Positions 40,069-50,430 are shown, counted from the stretch's first letter. The stretch: 64,000 nt of DNA from Prevotella sp. (GCA_031285625.1 JAITVV010000017.1:32001-96000), one strand, 5' to 3'. Notes: generated by a model from the letters alone, not told the origin. Numbers and translations: made by a program.

Positions 40069-40080
40069 AACTAATAAAAG

Positions 40081-40110
40081 AATGGCGGGAAACTTTCCCG
40101 CCATTTTTTT
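40081..40110. terminator. Terminator between pepD and the lipoprotein array
   Basis: AATGGCGGGAA-ac-TTTCCCGCCATT followed by a T run. Confidence 0.85.
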
Positions 40111-40127
40111 ATCTTCAGTTTGTAGCA

Positions 40128-41081
40128 TTATTCAAAAGGAATCACACCTCCATCTTTCAGTTCACCTAATGACAAATTGAAAGAAGCATTTGTGACGGTA
40201 TTACCTAGAGTTCCTTTGAGGGTAATCTTTTTACCTCCTTCAAAGTCCCCCTTATAGATAACCCTCTCTCCTAATATTTCAGTAGTGGACATTGTATGTT
40301 TTATAAACACCAACTTTGCAGTAGCACCTTTTGACGCCATAATGAACTTATTTGACAAGCCTTTTTCCCTAAAATCACTAACACTAGTTGCTGAAAGTGA
40401 TTGAAAATGTGCAGTAAGATCTTCACCATAGTTTTTAGACGGAATACCATCTGCTATATTGAATCCATAATAAAGAGGACTGATTGAAATATCAACAAGA
40501 GTTGTACCTTCGGGCAAAGTACATGTCTCGCCATCAGTTATTTGAACACTTATGTTTGACCACTTGGGCTGTAACTCAACATCTTTATTTACTTCTTCAT
40601 TACCTACGCCAACAGTAAAACTAACTTTTTCGTAATATAAGCCATAATGTTTATAAGCCGGATATGCTATATAAGTAGAACCGTAACAATAATCGGTATA
40701 AAAGTTTAAATTTGTTATATCAACATTAGCCCCGTCAGGATCTTCAGTCCAATTTATATTTATACCATCGAGTGCTCTATAGGCAGAAATAAAAACTATA
40801 TAATAACTTCCGGCAGGAAGATCTTCTACTACCTGTGCATTTCCGGCAGAACGATTATGATATCTGAACTTTATAGCCTTTCCACTCTCTTTTTCGTAGA
40901 TAGTATAATAAAGGGCTTGTCCCAAGCTTTCGGCCTTTAACGGTTTTGTCTCCATATCAAAGTTTGAAACATTGAATGTAACTTTGTAGGTCTTTCCTTC
41001 AGGAACAGTAGTATCGTCTGACTCACTGCTACAAGATGCGAACAAAATAGTTGCAAATAAAACAAAAAATAGTTTTTTCAT
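40128..41081 (-). CDS. Surface lipoprotein, FimB/Mfa-like type V pilin candidate (copy 3)
   Basis: Lipobox LFASC followed by acidic SSESDD; VTFNVS; PLKA; C-terminal DGGVIPF. Confidence 0.7.
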   Translation of the reverse strand: MKKLFFVLFATILFASCSSESDDTTVPEGKTYKVTFNVSNFDMETKPLKAESLGQALYYTIYEKESGKAIKFRYHNRSAGNAQVVEDLPAGSYYIVFISAYRALDGININWTEDPDGANVDITNLNFYTDYCYGSTYIAYPAYKHYGLYYEKVSFTVGVGNEEVNKDVELQPKWSNISVQITDGETCTLPEGTTLVDISISPLYYGFNIADGIPSKNYGEDLTAHFQSLSATSVSDFREKGLSNKFIMASKGATAKLVFIKHTMSTTEILGERVIYKGDFEGGKKITLKGTLGNTVTNASFNLSLGELKDGGVIPFE

Positions 41082-41105
41082 ATTATAAATAGTTTGTAAA
41101 GGATA

Positions 41106-42047
41106 TTAATTGAAAGGAATTACTCCTCCATCTGTCAATTCGCCTAAAGTCGGATTAAATGTAGCACTGGATGCAAATTTACCTAAGGTTCCCTTGAGAG
41201 TAATATTCTTACCTCCTTCAAAGTCACCTTTATAAATTACCCTCTCACCTAATATTTCGGTGCTGGATACTGTTCGTTTTATAAATACCAATTTTACAGT
41301 AACATCCTTCGATGCAGATACAACCTTACCAGACAGCCTCTTGTTTGTTCTAAAGTTAGTATCAGAAGTAGCAGTTCGCGATTGCTCCGGTATCGCAACA
41401 TTTTCATAGCTCTTCGATGGAATACCTTCGGCAATACTAAATCCATAATAAAAAGGATTTACTGTGCATTCGATTGTATTTGTACCTTCAGGTAAAAAAC
41501 ATATATCTGCATCAGTAACTTCAATATCTACTACAGACCACATTGGTTGTAATGTAATATCCATTTTCACATTATTTGTCAAACCAGCAGAAAAACTAGC
41601 TTTTTCATAATATGCATATAGATTGTCTCTACCATAATTGATCCAACCAACACCTTCAAAATAGTCGGAATAAAAATTGAAATCATCCAGATTAACGTCA
41701 GAATCCCAAGGACTCCAAGGTGCTCCAGGACCAGGTGAAGTAATCGTAGACGGAACTGAGAGAATGGCAATATAGTAATTTCCAGCTGCTACTTCCTCTG
41801 TAATTTGTCCAGCTTCAGTTTTCATTACATTACGTGCAACAGCCTTTCCACTCTCTTTTTCATATATGGTATAATAACAATAATTACTATGCGTTTCCGC
41901 CTTTAAAGGCCGGGCATATACTTCAAAAGTTGAAACATTGAATGTAACTTTGTATGTTTTTCCTTCTGGAATAGTAGCATCATCTGAATCGCTGCTACAA
42001 GATGCGAACAAGATAGTTGCAAATAAAAAGAAAAATAACTTTTTCAT
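41106..42047 (-). CDS. Surface lipoprotein, FimB/Mfa-like type V pilin candidate (copy 2)
   Basis: Paralog of its neighbours; LFASCSSDSDD; DGGVIPF. Confidence 0.7.
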   Translation of the reverse strand: MKKLFFFLFATILFASCSSDSDDATIPEGKTYKVTFNVSTFEVYARPLKAETHSNYCYYTIYEKESGKAVARNVMKTEAGQITEEVAAGNYYIAILSVPSTITSPGPGAPWSPWDSDVNLDDFNFYSDYFEGVGWINYGRDNLYAYYEKASFSAGLTNNVKMDITLQPMWSVVDIEVTDADICFLPEGTNTIECTVNPFYYGFSIAEGIPSKSYENVAIPEQSRTATSDTNFRTNKRLSGKVVSASKDVTVKLVFIKRTVSSTEILGERVIYKGDFEGGKNITLKGTLGKFASSATFNPTLGELTDGGVIPFN

Positions 42048-42071
42048 ATTATAAATAGTTTGTAAAGGTTA

Positions 42072-42998
42072 TTAATTGAAAGGAATTACTCCTCCATCCG
42101 TTAAGTCTGCTAAAGATAAATTAAATGAAGCGTTTGATTCAATACTACCCAAACTTCCGTTAAATGTTATATATTTACCCTTTTCAATATCTCCGGTATA
42201 TATCACTTTTTCACTCAGAACTGTTCCATTATTTGTCATACATACAAATTTTACAGTAGCATCTTTGGTGTAAGAAACAATTATGCTTTCCATACCTCCT
42301 TCTGAACGGAACTTAGCTACAGGTACTGGAAGATCACTACCTAAACCTGGGCTAGCTTCATATTTTTGTGATGAAACCCCATCTTTCAATCTGAATCCAT
42401 AGTAGTAAGGGCTAACCACACATTGAACATAAGTTGTCCCTTCTGGTAAATAACATACATCAGCATCTGATACTTTGATATTCAGATGAGACCACATAGG
42501 GTTAAGCACAACATCATTCACTTCGGTAGCACTCTCTCCAGCAGTAAATGCAAGTTTTTCATAATAAATACCCACATTGTCATGTCCTCTCGAAATCCAT
42601 GTATTTCCAAGGCAATAATCTGTATTAATATTAGACAAATCAGCCAGAACTACAGGCATATTATTAAAGCTGGATGCTGACACTATAGCTATCCAATAAT
42701 TTCCAGCTGATACTTCCCCTTCAATTTCAACATTAGCAGGATCAAATGATCCAGTCTCCATAAGCTTAGATTTCACCAATTCTCCACTCGCTTTATAGAT
42801 CGCATATTGGCAATAATTTGATGTAGGCCAGTAATCAGTGTTTTCAGCTTTCAGCGAAGAAATGTCAGATGTAAAGTTTGATACATTAAATTTTACTTTA
42901 TAAGTTTTTCCATTATCCACAGGATCGGATTCATCGCTGCTGCTACAGGAGGCAAATAATACGGTAGCCACAGTCAAAAAGAAAAATAGTTTTTTCAT
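42072..42998 (-). CDS. Surface lipoprotein, FimB/Mfa-like type V pilin candidate (copy 1)
   Basis: Paralog; LFASCSSSDESD; DGGVIPF. Confidence 0.7.
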   Translation of the reverse strand: MKKLFFFLTVATVLFASCSSSDESDPVDNGKTYKVKFNVSNFTSDISSLKAENTDYWPTSNYCQYAIYKASGELVKSKLMETGSFDPANVEIEGEVSAGNYWIAIVSASSFNNMPVVLADLSNINTDYCLGNTWISRGHDNVGIYYEKLAFTAGESATEVNDVVLNPMWSHLNIKVSDADVCYLPEGTTYVQCVVSPYYYGFRLKDGVSSQKYEASPGLGSDLPVPVAKFRSEGGMESIIVSYTKDATVKFVCMTNNGTVLSEKVIYTGDIEKGKYITFNGSLGSIESNASFNLSLADLTDGGVIPFN

Positions 42999-43260
42999 TT
43001 GTAGTAAGTTTGTTCGTTAATAAGTTATTCTGGACGTAAATATTGGTAATTGTCGTTGCTATAAAATAAGTAGATTTTATGGTAACATCTTTTGAATAGT
43101 TTATTCAGCTTGAATGCATTAAAGTTTGTATTTTCATAATTGTTAATTCAACCTTATAAAGGTAGATATTAAATTTTGATTTAAATAAGATTTATACGTA
43201 TATTTTATTTTTAACGCAAAATATAAGTGTAAGTATGAGTCATTTAAGTAAAAAACAAAT

Positions 43261-43291
43261 AGGGAGTAAGAATATTTAATCCTTACTCCCT
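43261..43291 (-). terminator. Terminator after the cobB-CBM9-GHL10 operon
   Basis: AGGGAGTAAG ... CTTACTCCCT. Confidence 0.6.
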
Positions 43292-43318
43292 TATTATTCT
43301 CATAATAAAATATTATAT

Positions 43319-44380
43319 CTATTTTGTTCTGTACTTACTCAGAATAGCCAACACTTCATCGGTAACATTTCCAAATATAGATACACCGGAAGCACCGTTA
43401 TCAAGAGCATACTTTATTCCTTCTTCCAATTCCTGATTATTCTTAAAGTCCGGCATATACAATCCGGCATAAAGAGGAAAACGTCCATCTATTCCCCGAA
43501 GTCCCTGCTTTACTGCATCGCCTATCCATGGGACATCTTCTTTGTAAAACCCATGATAAATCATTGGATAAACAGCATTCAACGGCCAGTTAGTCCAATC
43601 CTGCCTAACCAATCGCTTCGCAACATCCGGAGTAGGGAAAACCGCAGCAGTGAGTGGTTTGTGATGAGCTTTTGCAACTTCACCTATCTGGTTCACAATA
43701 TTTGTTACAGCATCATATCTGAATGATTTCCACGAAAGGTTCTCCTGCGGATATTGTATAGAATCTATATCTTTATGATATTTTTCTTTGAATTTAGCCT
43801 TGCAAACATCACAGTAACAAAAGTCGTATTCGGGCAACTCCTGAGTTTGTACAATATCATATACAGCCCATAAGTTAACAGCTAATATAACATCACTAAA
43901 CCTCACATAATCCATATGTATGCCATCTACATAATCTTTAGATAAAGTATTCTCTACATCTTTTACTAAAAAGTCAGCCACCTCAGGACGTGAAGGACAC
44001 ATCCAGCGGTAATAGTCAACATAAGGTGGATGATCGGCACAAGATTCTCCACTCCTACTTACAGCAGCCCACTCCGGATGAGTCTTTAAGGCATCTCCCC
44101 TATTCATGATCCACATCCAACGATGTGCTTCCAAACCTTGAGATTTTGCTGCTTTGTAATGCTTTTCGCTATCGGCTTCGAAAAAAATACCGACAATACC
44201 TGCTTCATGATATTTCTTATATCTGGCTGCTAATTCATCCTCTTTATCCGATTCTTGCGGATTCACCCACACCCAGTGTTTATAAATCGACTCATCATTT
44301 TTTTTAGCATCTGTTTTTTGATTACAACCTACCAACAGAAAAGGCAGAAATAATAAGGTTAACAAATAGAACTTACGCAT
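43319..44380 (-). CDS. Lipoprotein, glycoside-hydrolase-like 10 (DUF187-type TIM barrel)
   Basis: Lipobox LLVGC; WMCPSRPEV, DGIHMDYVRF, YCDVC, RQDW, PMIY. Confidence 0.8.
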   Translation of the reverse strand: MRKFYLLTLLFLPFLLVGCNQKTDAKKNDESIYKHWVWVNPQESDKEDELAARYKKYHEAGIVGIFFEADSEKHYKAAKSQGLEAHRWMWIMNRGDALKTHPEWAAVSRSGESCADHPPYVDYYRWMCPSRPEVADFLVKDVENTLSKDYVDGIHMDYVRFSDVILAVNLWAVYDIVQTQELPEYDFCYCDVCKAKFKEKYHKDIDSIQYPQENLSWKSFRYDAVTNIVNQIGEVAKAHHKPLTAAVFPTPDVAKRLVRQDWTNWPLNAVYPMIYHGFYKEDVPWIGDAVKQGLRGIDGRFPLYAGLYMPDFKNNQELEEGIKYALDNGASGVSIFGNVTDEVLAILSKYRTK

Positions 44381-44392
44381 ATTTTAAATATT

Positions 44393-45484
44393 TTAATTTG
44401 TGACTAATCCTTCTTCATTTAAGGATACAAATTTACCTAACTCATCTTTGATCATTATATCAAACCTGTGATCCGTAGAGATCAAGATCAATTCGTTCAT
44501 CTTCCCATCGATATCAATGTTTAGATCACTTAATCCCAATTCGCCCAAAGATTTAGCAAACCTCTTATTTTTATGTCTATAATCTTGTTGCTTGTAGTAG
44601 ATGAGCCACAGGTATTGCTTTTGTTTCTCACCATATGGTAATTCAAATTGAGATTGATTGTTTACCCCATTCTTTGTAAATAAAAGATAGCCCCACCTTT
44701 CAGGGCGATGCATATCGATAACACCTTGAGGAGACCACACCCAATTATTTTCGGGCAATACCTTTCCTTTAACATCTTTACGTTTTATATACTTTCCATC
44801 GATTATCTCGGTTTCCCACTGAACCCTGGAAAAATTTATCCGCCATAAACTTCCTTCCCTAGGTACATTCACCTCATTACCCATAGTTAGTGCCCGAAAT
44901 GGAATAGCCATTTCTACCGTCCATCCAGTATCTTCATCATTAGTATTATTAATAGTACCTTGAATTTGAACAGCATGTTGCATACCCTGACTATCCCAGC
45001 TAAATAGTGCTGATCCTCCGTTTCGATATGGCTTATACAAGAACAAATCAAATATGGTATTCAGAGCATTTACTTCAATCTCAAAATAATTATGAGCACT
45101 ATTCAACGGATCGATAAAAACCTCAAAATCATTATCAAAAAACACTATTTCATCCCTTTTGGTTAATGTAGCCCAAACATGTGGATCCTTCAACTCTGCT
45201 GCTATATAAAGATTTGAGTTATCCCACAACATCTTTACACGTGTTTCATGATAGGGTTTTGGCCTGATATCACCTTCAATATCCTGAAAATAGTCTGTCC
45301 AGGACGCATTTCCCCAAACCACATCATTTATATGGCCATCTATTATAGGTGGACTATCAGTATACCTTATTGTATAATTTGCCGGAACAGTAAATAAACT
45401 ACTATATTCGTTAAAAACGACCTGTGCTGAACCAATCAGCGAAAACAAACATAAAAAAGACAGAGTAATAAATCTAAAAAACAT
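44393..45484 (-). CDS. CBM9-like (DOMON-like) carbohydrate-binding protein
   Basis: PIIDGHIND..W, KMLWD..NLYI, DFEVFIDP, WTVEMAIP, WRINFSR. Confidence 0.85.
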   Translation of the reverse strand: MFFRFITLSFLCLFSLIGSAQVVFNEYSSLFTVPANYTIRYTDSPPIIDGHINDVVWGNASWTDYFQDIEGDIRPKPYHETRVKMLWDNSNLYIAAELKDPHVWATLTKRDEIVFFDNDFEVFIDPLNSAHNYFEIEVNALNTIFDLFLYKPYRNGGSALFSWDSQGMQHAVQIQGTINNTNDEDTGWTVEMAIPFRALTMGNEVNVPREGSLWRINFSRVQWETEIIDGKYIKRKDVKGKVLPENNWVWSPQGVIDMHRPERWGYLLFTKNGVNNQSQFELPYGEKQKQYLWLIYYKQQDYRHKNKRFAKSLGELGLSDLNIDIDGKMNELILISTDHRFDIMIKDELGKFVSLNEEGLVTN

Positions 45485-45492
45485 TTCAATTA

Positions 45493-46179
45493 TTAAAATT
45501 TAAGAAGTTCGCGCAATTCGGCAACACCATCTGATGCGCCTTTGTGTATAAAGTGAATTCCTTTTTGGGTTGCTTTTACTTCATTTGGATCTATTAAAAA
45601 GATAGGGATACCCGGCTCTATATAATTCAGCAAACCGGCTGCCGGATAGACATTCAGCGATGTACCAATCACAACCAGATAGTCAGCAGTCTGCACCACC
45701 TTCATCGCTTTTTCAATCATAGGTACCGCTTCTCCAAACCAAACAATATGAGGACGTAGTTGAGAACCTTTCTCACACTTATCACCCATATGAATTTCAG
45801 AGTTATCCGTAGTAAGCGTATAGATCAATGACGGATCCATTGTAGAGCGCACTTTGCTTAACTCTCCATGCAAATGAATAACATTCGTACTACCTGCTCT
45901 TTCATGCAGGTCATCAACATTTTGTGTGATAATAGAAATTTTATAATCAGCCTCCATTTCAGCCAAGCCAATATGACCAAGATTAGGTTTTGCATCAAAC
46001 GCAGCCTTGCGTCTCTCGTTATAAAAATTAAGTACTAATTCAGGATCTCGCCGGAATCCTTCGGGCGTTGCAACATCCTCTATAGCATATTGCTCCCAAA
46101 GCCCGCCTGAATCGCGAAAAGTAGCTATTCCACTCTCTGCGCTCATTCCAGCTCCTGTTAAAACGACAATATGTTTCAT
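45493..46179 (-). CDS. cobB: NAD-dependent deacylase (class III sirtuin)
   Basis: GAGMSAESG, FYNERR, QNVDDLHERAG, RPHIVWFGE, GTS. Confidence 0.95.
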   Translation of the reverse strand: MKHIVVLTGAGMSAESGIATFRDSGGLWEQYAIEDVATPEGFRRDPELVLNFYNERRKAAFDAKPNLGHIGLAEMEADYKISIITQNVDDLHERAGSTNVIHLHGELSKVRSTMDPSLIYTLTTDNSEIHMGDKCEKGSQLRPHIVWFGEAVPMIEKAMKVVQTADYLVVIGTSLNVYPAAGLLNYIEPGIPIFLIDPNEVKATQKGIHFIHKGASDGVAELRELLKF

Positions 46180-46353
46180 AAACTATTAAAAAATGTAAGT
46201 ATCACGTACAAATATAGTTTTTTAAAGGGTAAATTTTATTAAAGTATCATGAAAAGAATTACTTTTGTTGGCAAATTCAATTAAACTGTTAGCCTCAATA
46301 ATTTGATCCATATCAAATTGATTTACAAGGCTAATAAATAAAACAAAAAATAT

Positions 46354-46941
46354 ATGGATAAAATCAGTTACGCTTTAGGTTTAAGCATTGGAAATAACTT
46401 TCTAAGTTCAGGCATCAAAAATGTTGATTTCGAAGCCTTTCTAAAAGGGATGAAAGATGTTATCAATGAAACCACACCTGCTATGAGTTATGAGGAAGCT
46501 AAAGAAGTAATGAATGACTATTTCTCTAAGTTACAAGATGAAAGATTGGAAGTTAACCAAAAAGCCGGTGAAGAATTCTTAGCTATAAATAAAAATAAAC
46601 CGGGAGTAGTAACATTACCTAGCGGATTACAATATGAAATACTGAAAAAAGGAGATGGTCCAATTCCGGTCCTCACTGATCAGGTAAAATGTCACTACCA
46701 TGGTACACTTATCGATGGCACAGTATTCGACAGTTCTGTTGAACGTGGACAGCCTGCAACATTTGGTGTTAATCAGGTAATTCCGGGATGGGTTGAAGCA
46801 TTACAACTAATGCCTGTAGGTTCTAAGTGGAAATTATTTATTCCTTCAAACCTGGCTTATGGTAAATCAGGTGCAGGTCAAATGATAGAGCCCAATTCTG
46901 CATTAATATTCGAAGTGGAAATTTTAGATATTGTTAAATAA
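46354..46941 (+). CDS. FKBP-type peptidyl-prolyl isomerase
   Basis: DKISYALG, SGLQY, HYHGTL, FDSS, VIPGW. Confidence 0.95.
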   Translation: MDKISYALGLSIGNNFLSSGIKNVDFEAFLKGMKDVINETTPAMSYEEAKEVMNDYFSKLQDERLEVNQKAGEEFLAINKNKPGVVTLPSGLQYEILKKGDGPIPVLTDQVKCHYHGTLIDGTVFDSSVERGQPATFGVNQVIPGWVEALQLMPVGSKWKLFIPSNLAYGKSGAGQMIEPNSALIFEVEILDIVK

Positions 46942-46957
46942 TAATTCAGTAAAAAAA

Positions 46958-47986
46958 ATGAAAAAAATTCAAGTTGTGGCTCTTTGCACTTTTGTTGCTT
47001 TCGGAGCTTTATTTACATCTTGTGGAGGAAATGTTTCGACAAACGTTTCTCTTAAGACAGATCTTGACACTCTTTCTTATGCTTTTGGTGCCAGCCTATA
47101 TGAGCAGGGACTTTCTATGCACCTCCAACAATTAGGTGTTGTTAGTGATACCATGGTAGTGAAAGGTGATTACATGAGAAGAATACAAGCAGAGGCTGAT
47201 GCACAGAAGAAAACTGCATTAGAAAAAGAAATGAAGACTAAAATAGACTCTGTAGTAAAAGCAAATAACAGAAATATCTCAGAATTCCTGAATGGAGTAA
47301 AAGAAAGCTTAAGTGCTCCGGAATCAAAATCAGCATATATGGCTGGTGTATCGGTAGGCGGACAGATTGCAAAACAGATGATGCCCGGTATGATCCAACA
47401 GATCTATGGTGCTAATGCAAAAGAAAAATTCGACAATGACATCTTCCTTGCAGCAATGGCAACAGCTATGAAAAATGGTAAATTTGCCGTTAGTGATCCT
47501 TCTACTGTATTTAATATGAAAATGCAGGAAGCTCAGACAAAAGCGCAAGCCAGACAAGAAGAAGATTTGAAAAAAGAATATGCTTCTCAGATAGCTGAAG
47601 GTGAGAAATTCCTTGCAGAGAATAAAACAAAAGAAGGAGTAGTTACTCTTCCTGACGGACTACAGTATAAAATAATAAAAGAAGGTAATGGTCCTAAACC
47701 AACAGAATCTGATGTAGTAAAAGTGCACTACCACGGTACGCTTCTTGATGGTACAGTGTTTGATAGTTCTGTAGAAAGAAAAGAACCAGCAACATTCAAT
47801 GTAAACAGGGTAATAAAAGGATGGACAGAAGCATTACAACTAATGCCTGCCGGATCGAAATGGATTGTTTATATTCCATACGACCTAGCATATGGAGCAC
47901 GTGGAGGTGGTGAAAAAATCAAACCTTTCTCTACACTTGTTTTCGAAGTAGAGTTACTTGAAGTTAATCCGAAACCTGCAGGATAA
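46958..47986 (+). CDS. FKBP-type peptidyl-prolyl isomerase, lipoprotein
   Basis: Start MKKIQ with lipobox FTSC; C-terminal FKBP domain (HYHGTL, FDSS, VIKGW). Confidence 0.92.
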   Translation: MKKIQVVALCTFVAFGALFTSCGGNVSTNVSLKTDLDTLSYAFGASLYEQGLSMHLQQLGVVSDTMVVKGDYMRRIQAEADAQKKTALEKEMKTKIDSVVKANNRNISEFLNGVKESLSAPESKSAYMAGVSVGGQIAKQMMPGMIQQIYGANAKEKFDNDIFLAAMATAMKNGKFAVSDPSTVFNMKMQEAQTKAQARQEEDLKKEYASQIAEGEKFLAENKTKEGVVTLPDGLQYKIIKEGNGPKPTESDVVKVHYHGTLLDGTVFDSSVERKEPATFNVNRVIKGWTEALQLMPAGSKWIVYIPYDLAYGARGGGEKIKPFSTLVFEVELLEVNPKPAG

Positions 47987-48110
47987 TTAGTTAAAAAAGC
48001 CGTATCAGATAATAATTTGGCAGAACATTTCTATTTTTCAGAGCAAAAAGCATGTTAATTGTAAAAAATATCATATATTTGAGATGCAATAACGATAAAA
48101 AGCTCATATT

Positions 48111-48575
48111 ATGCAAAAAATTGACAAACTTGATAAAAAGATTTTAGAGATCATCTCTCAGAATGCCAGGATTCCCTTCAAGGATGTGGCACTTGAGTGT
48201 GGTGTTTCTCGTGCTGCCATCCATCAGCGTGTACAACGTATGATAGAGATGGATGTGATTGTTGGTTCCGGTTATTTTGTTAACCCAAAAGTCTTAGGTT
48301 ATAATACTTGTACATATATAGGAGTTAAACTCGAAAGAGGTTCGATGTATAAAACAGTAATACCTGAACTAGACAAAATACCAGAAATAGTTGAATCTCA
48401 TTTTACAACAGGGCCTTATACAATCCTTATCAAGCTTTATGCCAGAGATAATGAGCATTTAATGGATTTGCTTAACAATAAAATACAGGATATCCCAGGT
48501 GTTGTTGCTACCGAAACAATGATTTCGTTGAGTCAGGGAGTAAAACGCCAAATCCCGATATCTAAATCTGAATAA
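48111..48575 (+). CDS. Lrp/AsnC transcriptional regulator
   Basis: IDKLDKKIL...NARIPFKDVA HTH; HFTTGPY. Confidence 0.95.
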   Translation: MQKIDKLDKKILEIISQNARIPFKDVALECGVSRAAIHQRVQRMIEMDVIVGSGYFVNPKVLGYNTCTYIGVKLERGSMYKTVIPELDKIPEIVESHFTTGPYTILIKLYARDNEHLMDLLNNKIQDIPGVVATETMISLSQGVKRQIPISKSE

Positions 48576-48606
48576 TCAAGCCAAGTTATATTCAATTCTA
48601 TATGAG

Positions 48607-48640
48607 AAGGATAACTACCAAAATGTAGTTATCCTTTTTC
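48607..48640 (+). terminator. Terminator after the Lrp/AsnC gene
   Basis: AAGGATAACTAC-caaaat-GTAGTTATCCTT followed by TTT. Confidence 0.75.
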
Positions 48641-48736
48641 ATTTATCTTATTATAACTTAAATATGTGTTGTAAAAGAAATGAAACACACATTTTTTTAA
48701 TATTTTTGTACCTCTGTTCGATAAGAATAAGTACAT

Positions 48737-49363
48737 ATGAAGAAAGAAAATATCATATTAAGATTATTGAAAAATATTTATTTTAAGAATCTATTACTTA
48801 TGGCAGGTGCAGTTGTTGTACTTGTAGTCATTGTATTGATTCTTCTAAACTTTTACACAAAACATAACGAATCGATCACAGTTCCCACCGTTAAAGGATT
48901 GCAAGTGCAAGAAGCATCAGGAATACTATCCTCATCTGATCTAAAATATGAAATAAGTGATTCTATATATCAGGCAGAAGGTGCAGCACCCGGCTCTATT
49001 ATAGAGCAGATACCGAAAGAACAATCGAAAGTAAAAAAAGGGCGCACTGTGTTCCTCGTTATAAAAGCTAAAAGCGAGCAGATGGTAGCCGTACCTGAAC
49101 TTAAAGATTACTCGCGACGCCAAGCAGAAGCTCAACTTAATTCACTGGGCTTTTCTAAAATAACAATTCAAGAAGTACCTGCTGCTTACAAAGGATTGGT
49201 TATCTCAATTTCTTATAAAGGGAAACAACTCACTCCTAATCAGAAAATACCAAAAGGGGCTGCCTTACAAATGACAGTGGGTGCCGGAGGCGAGTCATCA
49301 GAAGATGACAGTATTTCTGACCAAACAGATTCACAGGATATTGAAAAATCTTTTTTTGAATAA
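48737..49363 (+). CDS. PASTA domain membrane protein
   Basis: N-terminal TM; VPTVKG and VPELKD PASTA repeats. Confidence 0.88.
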   Translation: MKKENIILRLLKNIYFKNLLLMAGAVVVLVVIVLILLNFYTKHNESITVPTVKGLQVQEASGILSSSDLKYEISDSIYQAEGAAPGSIIEQIPKEQSKVKKGRTVFLVIKAKSEQMVAVPELKDYSRRQAEAQLNSLGFSKITIQEVPAAYKGLVISISYKGKQLTPNQKIPKGAALQMTVGAGGESSEDDSISDQTDSQDIEKSFFE

Positions 49364-50430
49364 TGATTGATGACTCATTCGATGATATCGAAGATATTTC
49401 GGAAGACGATTTTGCAGAAGAACAAAATTCCGAACTTTATGAACATTATCGGTTTGTAGCTGATAAGGGGCAGGGAATGATACGTGTAGATAAATATCTG
49501 GCGATGCATATCGTTGGTGTGTCACGTAACCGCATTCAGCAGGCAGCTGAAGCCGATTGCATTCTGGTTAATGATGTTCCTGTAAAATCTAATTACCGGA
49601 TTAAGCCCCTCGATACTATCTCTGTGGTAATGAATCGCCCTCCACGCGAACTGGAGATTATACCCGAAGATATACCCCTCGACGTCGTTTACGAAGACGA
49701 TGACCTTATGGTTATCAATAAAGCCCCCGGATTGGTGGTACATCCCGGATTTGGCAACTACCAGGGAACAATGGTCAATGCTATAGCATACAGGCTTAAA
49801 GACACACCGGACTACGATCCGAAAGATCCTCGCTTGGGAATAGTTCACAGGATAGATAAAGATACCTCTGGACTGATCCTCGTTGCAAAAAATGCCTTTG
49901 CCAAGACTCACCTATCAGCCCAGTTTTTCAATAAAACAACAAAACGTCAATATGTGGCGCTAGTATGGGGTATTATAAACGAAGATGAAGGACGCATAGA
50001 AGGTAATATAGGCCGCAGCCTTAAAGACCGGATGCTGATGACTGTATTTCCTGATGGAGACTATGGAAAACCAGCAGTTACACATTACAAAGTTTTGGAA
50101 CGCTTGGGATATGTTACATTGATTCAATGCAGACTTGAAACAGGGCGTACACACCAGATACGTGTGCATATGAAACATATAGGTCACACCCTCTTCAATG
50201 ATGAACGTTATGGAGGAAATGAAATTCTGAAAGGAACGAATTTCTCTAAATATAAACAGTTTGTACAAAATTGCTTCAATATATGCCCACGACAAGCATT
50301 ACATGCTCAGACTTTGGGATTTGTACATCCCCGTACAGGAGAAGAACTCTTATTCGAGTCTCCCATACCACCTGATATGAACGAACTTCTTGAAAAATGG
50401 CGTGGCTACATTGCCTATAGAGATATTTAG
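49363..50430 (+). CDS. rluD: RluA-family pseudouridine synthase with S4 domain
   Basis: RVDKYL, HRIDKDTSG, GRTHQIRVH, QALHA. Confidence 0.9.
   Translation: MIDDSFDDIEDISEDDFAEEQNSELYEHYRFVADKGQGMIRVDKYLAMHIVGVSRNRIQQAAEADCILVNDVPVKSNYRIKPLDTISVVMNRPPRELEIIPEDIPLDVVYEDDDLMVINKAPGLVVHPGFGNYQGTMVNAIAYRLKDTPDYDPKDPRLGIVHRIDKDTSGLILVAKNAFAKTHLSAQFFNKTTKRQYVALVWGIINEDEGRIEGNIGRSLKDRMLMTVFPDGDYGKPAVTHYKVLERLGYVTLIQCRLETGRTHQIRVHMKHIGHTLFNDERYGGNEILKGTNFSKYKQFVQNCFNICPRQALHAQTLGFVHPRTGEELLFESPIPPDMNELLEKWRGYIAYRDI

Noticed and set aside
40128-42998. Diversity-generating retroelement or shufflon acting on the lipoproteins
   Set aside because: No reverse transcriptase, template repeat or recombinase in the window; differences include indels spread across the genes; all copies share one orientation.
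43000-43318. Invertible promoter upstream of the lipoprotein array
   Set aside because: No pair of inverted repeats enclosing a promoter-sized segment was found, only a short-spaced palindrome and a terminator.
45493-46179. CobB lacking the four-Cys zinc site as a novelty
   Set aside because: From general knowledge, zinc-less sirtuins are common in Bacteroidota; the catalytic motifs are intact.
49363-49430. Acidic N-terminal extension of RluD
   Set aside because: Ordinary for Bacteroidales RluD orthologs in the PASTA-rluD-ddl cluster.
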